DNA of 64,000 nt, taken from an archaeon (lineage in GTDB: Archaea; Undinarchaeota; Undinarchaeia; Undinarchaeales; JBDRKL01). The stretch spans positions 1,679-65,678 of the forward strand of contig JBDRKL010000006.1 of NCBI GenBank assembly GCA_043814055.1, read 5' to 3'. The notes under the pieces were generated by a model. That model was not told the origin of the DNA. It made no database searches and saw only the letters and a program-made list of their open reading frames with translations. Within the stretch, counting starts at the first letter, position 1. Each line of letters begins with the position of its first letter. Made by a program: the position numbers and the translations under genes. Below, piece by piece: positions 57,801 to 64,000 of the stretch.

Positions 57801-59182
57801 AACTCCATATCTGAATCAACGTAAGCCGGGTTCGGAGTTATGCTAATATCATGTATTACTGGAGCGGTGTGCGGGGTCTCCTCTTGCAGGAAAACAAAAG
57901 TGTACGCAGTGTTCCAGTTAATCCCCACAACATCGTCACGTCCATTCCCATTCACATCACCCGCGTCAACTTTCCAGATTTCATAAGGTGAGTTAAGTTG
58001 GGCTGTTCCAAGTGAGACTGGCATATAATACAATGTGACTGAGCTTGACGGGTTCACGGTCTGATGCGCTACAGCAATGTCATCTCTGCCATCATCATTG
58101 AAATCTCCAACCGCAACGTCTGTCGGTGTTGGAATGTCTGTAATTATGTGCCGGTATGTCGGGCTATTCTCAAAGCCATTGCCTTTGTTATATAATATGT
58201 AAACTTTCCCTGCCTGGTCATTGAACACGATGTCATTCTTTCCATCTGGGGTTCCGTCGTGGCTGATGTCTCCTATGCCAAGGCCAATGTGCAGGGCTCG
58301 GTTTGGTTCAATAGGCGCTGCAATGTTTGCTGGGATTTGGACTATCACATCCGGCTGGGTTTCAAATCCGTCATTCGTCGCCCCGTAGCTCCTCTGGAAG
58401 AACACGTTTATGAAAATCTGCCCAGTTGGACTGTTGCCCGCATTGTAGCACAGAATTGCAACTGCAATGTCCTCGCTCCCTGGCATTGACCCTATATTAC
58501 CAAGCTCGCCGATTTCAATGTCCGTTATCTCGCAGTCCGCCTCATTCTGGCCTGGTACGCTCACGTCCATCTGCTCATCGTGCGCGCTGGTTCCTGAGCC
58601 ATAGTCCGAGGTTCCATCCCTGTCATATACTCTTATCCTTGGCACTCCTCCTGTGTAAGTCAGTCCCAGGATTATCTCCTCATCAAGATTTCCTGTTTCA
58701 TACAGGTATAGCACGTCAGCAACGTCAACAGTTGTGACTTCATACCCATAAGGCAAAACATTAGTGGCTACTTGAGTCCAGGAATTCATTGGCGCGTTAA
58801 ATGAGTATATGTCACCTACTGTGTAAGGTGAGCTCTTAGACCATTGCGCAAAAACAACCTCATTGCCTGCCTGTCCCTCGTGCACATTCCCCACTCCTGT
58901 TTCCGTACCAAATCTATAACTGCTGCTCTCTCCTAGCTTTAGCCCAATCTGGTTGCTAGAGTAGCCCTTGCTGACAATTCCATAATACCCGCCATCTTTA
59001 TAATATGATGTAACATCTCCTACACCGTCGTTGCTTACGTCATCTGCCCTAATAGCCTCGCCCTTATATTGCCCAGGCCATTGATAATCCGCCGAATTAG
59101 ATGCAAACGGAAACGCCCCTGCGCTCGCGGCAAAAATAGCCAATATAACCAGCGCGATTGCAATAATTGCGTATTTCCTCAT
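54797..59182 (-). CDS. Large surface protein with FG-GAP/VCBS repeats, PKD-like repeats and a C-terminal TM
   Basis: GDFNDDGRDDIAV, GDVNGNGRDDVV; 'KWxSxxDG…L…G.H.ITL' three times; TM plus Pro/Arg tail. Confidence 0.85.
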   Translation of the reverse strand: MRKYAIIAIALVILAIFAASAGAFPFASNSADYQWPGQYKGEAIRADDVSNDGVGDVTSYYKDGGYYGIVSKGYSSNQIGLKLGESSSYRFGTETGVGNVHEGQAGNEVVFAQWSKSSPYTVGDIYSFNAPMNSWTQVATNVLPYGYEVTTVDVADVLYLYETGNLDEEIILGLTYTGGVPRIRVYDRDGTSDYGSGTSAHDEQMDVSVPGQNEADCEITDIEIGELGNIGSMPGSEDIAVAILCYNAGNSPTGQIFINVFFQRSYGATNDGFETQPDVIVQIPANIAAPIEPNRALHIGLGIGDISHDGTPDGKNDIVFNDQAGKVYILYNKGNGFENSPTYRHIITDIPTPTDVAVGDFNDDGRDDIAVAHQTVNPSSSVTLYYMPVSLGTAQLNSPYEIWKVDAGDVNGNGRDDVVGINWNTAYTFVFLQEETPHTAPVIHDISITPNPAYVDSDMEFNCTATDADDDELMFKWESDIDGVLYDGPKMNITKQGDIGDLSTNDHTITLTVYDAKDETKEEYDDLVGIILTDLPEVWKFSVTPDSAYQGEEVTFEAKATDYDGSVAKYKWTSNLHGVIYHGPKETITTDDLYIEDGLLEVGDHIIKVQAEDNLGALSYPANQTVLEIKKQVNYPVINEMRITPNPSEEEVNITFYVNATDSDGEIQYYKWVSSVDGQLYNGLATSFKKDSLSLGKHKITLTIEDDDGWKVSEEQELYIYTPFMPKLTSPQQILPRIGSVDAPMYAFNVTQPYFPCLVWRGAEEVGDCMDDDLVYVDECSSGTYAFEYDEDMFEEEGTYEFNFQNKPVETDVGEIAVDVNFYGSSLMLNVQTSIDIEDSEGLIIAQIYEIDGCKLSKSGDIIGLARYAPKKYYALLDDLPCEGDECDFAIEAIVVYPPYGGGVHFEYGYEPVDTGERVYLDSDDDEYFVGEVAELYAEVVNISNPSVEFNIMFPENYTPPSGEMEYNETEEYYFAELNLTRNGTFIINATAVSQDDPKIYANAVIAFEVGEKTVITVTVDPDTIDLGSFERGDTGTETITITNPNEDQDITNFRALKDTALGTSLEVDYEDDEIPADSLIEIDLDIDILPTASSGDYEGNILLRGDYMADYAIPVKYVITGGALEGTVTPSAWNLNSISAGSIVEKTFALDMSSGDTEGVAVEASTTATVFDFDADELDLEEADSITVALTAPDDLGEYTDSILFTFYLNDVELNEVEVEVSYKVVDNTGDLIKDAWDKHDRLTRLLENLLAEAGPGSKIAKKVGSNVTAAQSLLADAEDAILSAEVAFAAGDTSGGEDWISTANSYLTDADDIIEGIESLIKDSTKKSGSAMLPLAIVIISVLVFGVLVLALREGWLPAYKVPWLVDGFKKIGLEMLVEQPEKLSPKPRFTPTHIPPSSMSTRPRAGTGRPPATGPRASKVLNKEEQIKKQWADYYKQHPDYANKVRQQYRSYYHRRYQ

Positions 59183-62013
59183 TTATTCTCCATTATTTTC
59201 TTAAGAGCCGCCTTGAGGTCCTTAACCGGCTTGTCCGCTATGGCTCTTGCTGTATCTCCACTGGTTCTAGCGTTAGGATTGAGCATATTTAAAGTTTCCT
59301 TCGCGTTGATTCTCGCAGATTTTCCAACCACGAGAGCGGACTTGTCTGGAGAGCTAATCAGCACTGCAGCGTCCGGGTTTTTCCCAGTGATTGCGTTCGC
59401 AACTTTCATTCCCTCGCCAAAGTCTGAGAATTCTTTCGCAACAACCCGCGCAGAGCCAACCTTAACCGCAGAGCCCATCAACTCTTCTGCTTCTTTCTCC
59501 TCAAGCTCTCTGAGCGCTTTCTTCTCTGCTTTCCACTCTGTGAATATCAGCTCGGAAATCTTTGTCAAATCGCTCAGCGCTGAAACCCTTGCGCAGAACT
59601 CCTTCTCAGACGCGCCCCTGCGCTTCTTCGCGTCCATAATCTCTTTCAAAAACCTCTCAAGCGTGTTCGGCAGTTGAGCTTCCTGAACAGTCAGGACCTT
59701 TGCAGCTGTGTTCAGGTCTGAACTTTTAATATTAGCTTTGGCAAATTTCAAAATAACATTCTCGCATTTCTTCGCAAGCCCTTCCTCCTGCTTTCCTCTC
59801 TCCTCCAGGTGCGCTTTCCCAGCCACAAAGACCAATCTCACCACGCCGTCCTGTATCTTCTCAGTTTTGAGCAATTTGATTCCCTCAGCATCAGCAGTGC
59901 AGTCCAAGTGAGTTCCACCGCAGGCCTGCACGTCCCAGTTATCAATTTTCATAACCCGGATTTCTTTGCCCGGAACTGCCCCGCCTTGGTAGAGTGTAAA
60001 ACCATACTCCTGCTCTGCCTTTGTGCGGTCAATGAAATCTTTTGAAATCTTCAGCTTGCCTTTAACTGCTTTGTTCGCAAGCTCCTCAATCTTCTGCTTC
60101 TGCTCTTCAGTGAGCGCTTCGTAATGAGTAATATCCAGTCTGCCCTTGTCCAAATCAATCTGCGACCCTGCCTGCCAAACGTGCTTGCCCAAAACCTGCC
60201 GCGCTGCTCCGCCAATTATGTGCGCTGCAGTGTGGTTCTTCGCGAGCTTCATCCGCCTGTCCCAGTCAATCTCAGCCTCAACTTCCTGCCCTTCCTTGAG
60301 CGAGCCCTTAACTGTATGTATTATTATATTGCCCTGCTTCTGAACATCTGTAACTTCAAACCCGCCCAACTTGCCCAAATCGCACAACTGCCCCCCTCCT
60401 TCTGGGTAGAACGCGGACTTGTCCAGCACAACTTTATCCTTGATAACTTTCAAAACGCGCGCCTTAAAGCTCTTCTTTTTCCAGTCCTTGTAATAAATCT
60501 TCTCAGTATCAGCAATCCCTTTCAGGTCGTATCCCTCTTTCTTCTCTGCGTTCCGCTCAACTTCAGGATGCCGCGCCGCGACCTTGGAGTAGAAATCATC
60601 AGGAATCTCAATGCTCTTGTCCGCCTCTTTCAGCAGTTCAGGGGTGACTCCCTGCGAGTCGTAGAGCTCAAGCAGCTCGTTCTCACTCACCTTTTTCCCT
60701 TTCATCTTCTCAACAATCCGCCTTGACTTGTCCCGCGTGCTCTGGTACTTCTTCTTTTCAACTTCAAGAATCTTCTGCACGTCATCCAGATTTTCCTCAA
60801 GCTCTGGGAAAACTCCTTTCATTTCGCGCGCGTGCTCAGCGCAAATATCCGAAAGCTCAACATCCCAGCCATAAGTGTCAATGAATCCAAGCGCCCTGCG
60901 CAGAATTACCCGCAAATTATAACACCCGCCGACATTTGAAGGCAAAGCCCCGTCGTTAATCGCAAAGAGCAGAGTCCTCGTGTGGTCAGCGATTGAGTAC
61001 AAGCCTGAGAGCGGCAGTATAGCTTCTTTCAAATCTTTCACGCTCATGCCCACGTTCTTCGCAACTTTCTTCCAGCTCTTCTCAATATCCCCCTTCTCCA
61101 TGTCCAAAAGTCCGGAGTGCGGGATGAACCTCTGAATCAAGTCCGAATCTTTTTTAACTCCAGTCAGCTTGACGAGCTTTTTAATAACAGCCGGGAAGTT
61201 CGCGTCGTAGCTCGTGTCACAGCCCTGCGAAATCCACGCGCACCTCTCGTGCCCCATTCCCATGTCAAGCACTTTCAAATTCAATTCCTTAATCCCCTTA
61301 TCAGTAACCGCAGAGGTCATGTAAACCTGATTCCCGACCTCAAGTCCGCGAGCGTAGAACTCCATGCACGGCCCGAGGTTGCCCCCGCCGCCCCACTGGT
61401 CCTCGTGAAACTTTATCTCGTGCAGCGGCATTCCCATTCCTTTCTCAAGCCACTGGATTATGTGCGACAGGTAAGCGTTGACATCAAATTTCTCCGGCGG
61501 AACAAACGCGTGCTGTCCAATCATAACAAAAGAAGTGTGATGCCTTCCTGTAATTCCAACATTGTCAATATCATTGAAACGCACGCAGGCCTGCGGAACA
61601 ACCAGCGGGTTCGCCGGCGGCTCAACAGCGCCTGAGACCACGTGCGGCTGAAAATCATAAATTGAAGCGTTCGTCCAGTAAGTGTCGTCTCTCCAGCGCG
61701 CAACAACTGGGTAGCGCTTGATTGGCGTGTAGCCGAGCTTCTCAAACAATGAGCTGAATTCGCGCCAGACTCCAACAAAATCAAGCTTCTTCCTGGTCGG
61801 CGGGTCGCCTATGAACCTGTAGCCTCCAGAGCAGTCCGGCTCCCCGCAAATTTCACTATCCTCAAGAGTCCAGAAGTATTTCCCGCAGGACTTGCAGCAC
61901 ACCCTGTGGAAGCCTTTTGCTTTGAGCGTGTCCACTGCGTAGTAATCATCGGGCTTTTTGTCAGTCTTCTTTTTCAATTCGCCCTTGAGCTGCTTGAGGT
62001 TCATAAAAGGCAT
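59179..62013 (-). CDS. alaS: Alanyl-tRNA synthetase (archaeal type)
   Basis: N-terminal CKSC…CG zinc motif, RYPVVARWRDD…ASIYDFQP, DHTR, FYPEGGGQ, NHTAAH, QACGGTH. Confidence 0.97.
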   Translation of the reverse strand: MPFMNLKQLKGELKKKTDKKPDDYYAVDTLKAKGFHRVCCKSCGKYFWTLEDSEICGEPDCSGGYRFIGDPPTRKKLDFVGVWREFSSLFEKLGYTPIKRYPVVARWRDDTYWTNASIYDFQPHVVSGAVEPPANPLVVPQACVRFNDIDNVGITGRHHTSFVMIGQHAFVPPEKFDVNAYLSHIIQWLEKGMGMPLHEIKFHEDQWGGGGNLGPCMEFYARGLEVGNQVYMTSAVTDKGIKELNLKVLDMGMGHERCAWISQGCDTSYDANFPAVIKKLVKLTGVKKDSDLIQRFIPHSGLLDMEKGDIEKSWKKVAKNVGMSVKDLKEAILPLSGLYSIADHTRTLLFAINDGALPSNVGGCYNLRVILRRALGFIDTYGWDVELSDICAEHAREMKGVFPELEENLDDVQKILEVEKKKYQSTRDKSRRIVEKMKGKKVSENELLELYDSQGVTPELLKEADKSIEIPDDFYSKVAARHPEVERNAEKKEGYDLKGIADTEKIYYKDWKKKSFKARVLKVIKDKVVLDKSAFYPEGGGQLCDLGKLGGFEVTDVQKQGNIIIHTVKGSLKEGQEVEAEIDWDRRMKLAKNHTAAHIIGGAARQVLGKHVWQAGSQIDLDKGRLDITHYEALTEEQKQKIEELANKAVKGKLKISKDFIDRTKAEQEYGFTLYQGGAVPGKEIRVMKIDNWDVQACGGTHLDCTADAEGIKLLKTEKIQDGVVRLVFVAGKAHLEERGKQEEGLAKKCENVILKFAKANIKSSDLNTAAKVLTVQEAQLPNTLERFLKEIMDAKKRRGASEKEFCARVSALSDLTKISELIFTEWKAEKKALRELEEKEAEELMGSAVKVGSARVVAKEFSDFGEGMKVANAITGKNPDAAVLISSPDKSALVVGKSARINAKETLNMLNPNARTSGDTARAIADKPVKDLKAALKKIMENK

Positions 62014-62040
62014 AGGGCATGGGTATTAATATAATTTATA

Positions 62041-62406
62041 TTAAGCAGATGTTTTCACTTCAATAAGCTTATTTAAAATTTCAACTGCTGCAATGGATTT
62101 TTCAGCATTTAGCTTACCTAGAATTTTGCACACCCTCTTCTTATTGATAGTGAATAACTTATACGGTTTTATCCTGCTTTCAAATTTTAGAAATCCATTC
62201 TCCATATCCGTGTTCTCTATGTATACGCTGTTCTTATCATCTTTCAGGTTGCTGGTTATTGCACAGCACAGAATGTCTTCATTGCTCCTGTTAAATGCAT
62301 TGTTTGAAATGACAAGCGCGGGCCTTTTCTTTTCCACTGAAAGGTCTGTGAACTGAAATGGCACTAGCAGGATGGTTCTTTGCTTAATATTTGTTCCAGC
62401 GTTCAT
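62041..62406 (-). CDS. mazF: PemK/MazF toxin
   Basis: LVPFQFTDL…KKRPALVISN…CCAITS. Confidence 0.9.
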   Translation of the reverse strand: MNAGTNIKQRTILLVPFQFTDLSVEKKRPALVISNNAFNRSNEDILCCAITSNLKDDKNSVYIENTDMENGFLKFESRIKPYKLFTINKKRVCKILGKLNAEKSIAAVEILNKLIEVKTSA

Positions 62407-62644
62407 CGTATTTATTATCCCACACCTTTTTCAGAGACTCCTCAGAAAGCGCGCTTATCTCATAGCTCTCTGCGCTAATATTCAATTTTTCAAGTATGTC
62501 GTCTGTGCTTTGTATTATGAGCTTGTCATTCGCCGCGATTAAAACGAGCTTCGCTCCGGTCTTGAAGTGCAGTTCTTCCCGCATATGCTGTGGTATGCAT
62601 ATCTGCCCCTTCTCGCTGATTGTTACGGTTTTTATTTCTGCCAT
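62384..62644 (-). CDS. AbrB/MazE-like antitoxin
   Basis: TISEKGQICIPQHMREEL; C-terminal LSEESLKKVWDN…W. Confidence 0.88.
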   Translation of the reverse strand: MAEIKTVTISEKGQICIPQHMREELHFKTGAKLVLIAANDKLIIQSTDDILEKLNISAESYEISALSEESLKKVWDNKYDERWNKY

Positions 62645-62804
62645 ATTCTTATTTGTAAGAATATTTTTACTACTATATAAATTCATTGTTTTTTTATATT
62701 ATCCCTTTCTTTTTGAAAACAACAAAGCAGCCCAGTGCAAGAGCCCCGATTAAAACAGCAGCTGCCGCGCTTGTGTCGGGTGAGCTTATATTTGTTTTTC
62801 AGCC

Positions 62805-62960
62805 TCAATTTACAGCCAGATCTTTCTCGCATTCGCTATTCTCTTCAACCTTTTCAATCCTGTAATCCAATATGTCCTCATTCCTGCCAATCCTGCTGGA
62901 GATAATCTCCTCCAGCTCTTCCAGCGTTTTCGCCTCCACCTTGAGCATTACCAAACCCAT
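62805..62960 (-). CDS. 51-aa ORF resembling a Lrp/AsnC ligand-binding domain fragment
   Basis: MGLVMLKVEAKTLEELEEIISSRIGRNEDILDYRIEKV…; TTATAA upstream; below the ORF-track cut-off. Confidence 0.45.
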   Translation of the reverse strand: MGLVMLKVEAKTLEELEEIISSRIGRNEDILDYRIEKVEENSECEKDLAVN

Positions 62961-63103
62961 GCTTAATTTGCTCGTGAATTTGCCTTATAAGCTTTCTTTA
63001 ACTCTAGCGGGTTAATCCTGTGGTAAAAACCAGCACTTTTTCGCAGCTAACTCGCGGCAGTTAAAAAAAACATTTAAATAGGGCAGTTTGCATTTCTTCT
63101 GCT

Positions 63104-64000
63104 ATGAAAAATAATTCGTTTCTAGTATACGCGACTCTTCTAATGCTTGTTATATTCTCTGCCGGCTGTGTCCAGGAATCCAGCCAGGCTGATACCGGGA
63201 TTCAGCCCGAGCCTGAAAGCCAACTCCCTGCAGCTGAGCCCGCACCCAGTGCAGATGCTGAGTCAACTGAACTTGAGGACGCTCCAAGCGAGCCTGCACC
63301 TCTAGCTGAATCTGGCCCGTGGTGCGAGCAGACTGAATTAACTGTTGGCGGCCCGGTCTCAGTCACATTTTTTGACATCTCCCAGGTTGATTATGCAATA
63401 GACGACACGTTCACGCAGGTCTACACGAAATCCCCATTCACAACCGTGCTCTCTTTTGAAGTCGCGCCTGAGAAGGAAATAAAAGACCTGAAAATTAACA
63501 TCAAGCTCACCAAGGATAAAACTGAGCTTTCATCGCTCGGCGAGACCAGTGCAAAGGATTACAAGAGCTGGCCTGTTGAGCAGCTGGGCTACTCTGAATG
63601 GAAAGACCAGTCAGCTACGGATGTCGGAAAGCACCTGCTTGAGGCGAGAATTACATTCACCGAAGGCGGCGAGCAGCATGTCCTGTGCCCGCGCCGCTCC
63701 TTCACTGTGATAAAGCCCGAGGGGCTATCAAGGATTCAGTACGATACATTGCAGATTACCCCGCTCACCTCTCTTACGACCGAGCCTCCCTTCTCCGGGA
63801 CATACTCGCATATTTTTACTGAACTCTTACAATTCAAGCGTAATCAAACTCTCCTGCCATTTATGCACGGGTATTTCTTCTTCAACGAGAACCCTGATGA
63901 GCGGTTTTATTTCAAGTATGATGAGTACTGCGACCCGCCCGTATGCTCTCCGGAACTGGATGAATTGGAGCTTTGCCTTCCGCCCGTATGCTTTATGACC
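63104..64000 (+). CDS. Lipoprotein, runs off the window end
   Basis: MKNNSFLVYATLLMLVIFSAGC lipobox, Pro/Glu/Ala linker; TTTAAATA upstream. Confidence 0.7.
   Translation, partial: MKNNSFLVYATLLMLVIFSAGCVQESSQADTGIQPEPESQLPAAEPAPSADAESTELEDAPSEPAPLAESGPWCEQTELTVGGPVSVTFFDISQVDYAIDDTFTQVYTKSPFTTVLSFEVAPEKEIKDLKINIKLTKDKTELSSLGETSAKDYKSWPVEQLGYSEWKDQSATDVGKHLLEARITFTEGGEQHVLCPRRSFTVIKPEGLSRIQYDTLQITPLTSLTTEPPFSGTYSHIFTELLQFKRNQTLLPFMHGYFFFNENPDERFYFKYDEYCDPPVCSPELDELELCLPPVCFMT

Noticed and set aside
1-64000. Integrase, transposase, reverse transcriptase or cas genes
   Set aside because: No ORF shows R-H-R-Y, DDE, HUH, YADD or Cas motifs; any enzyme acting on the array must be encoded elsewhere.

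Overview
Archaeal chromosome segment. Evidence for archaeal origin: archaeal-type TrpRS and AlaRS, deoxyhypusine synthase, tRNA splicing endonuclease, TATA-type promoters, GGTGA Shine-Dalgarno (SD) sites and an intron-containing tRNA-Trp. A DPANN-like lineage is plausible but is only an inference. Left to right: surface proteins sharing a C-terminal module; housekeeping genes (trpS, dys, pdxT/pdxS, corA); a ~16 kb aromatic amino acid supercluster (trpY, trpEGDCBA, bacterial-type aroF-B-K/D-E-A-C, aminotransferase, chorismate mutase, tyrA, NSS transporter); endA, minD and giant Ig-like surface proteins; a ~9 kb accessory array ending at tRNA-Trp; then leuS, alaS and a MazEF-like pair. Two candidate new systems stand out. 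(1) Two homologous, unannotated Phe/Tyr-rich leader peptides (…SSFGYGF*, …SSFGYFY*) are each followed, exactly 7 nt after the stop, by a hairpin that hides the next gene's SD. This looks like aromatic-amino-acid translational attenuation in an archaeon. It comes with a split DAHP-synthase regulatory domain and three out-of-frame upstream starts that all need a -1 shift. (2) An integron-like tandem cassette array in which the tRNA-Trp promoter plus 5' end (GGGGCTATGGTGTAACC) recurs about seven times between unrelated cargo genes (TA pair, bacterial ObgE/RsgA, CorA, organoarsenical operon). No integrase is present in the window. All homology calls come from recognised motifs; no database search was run.
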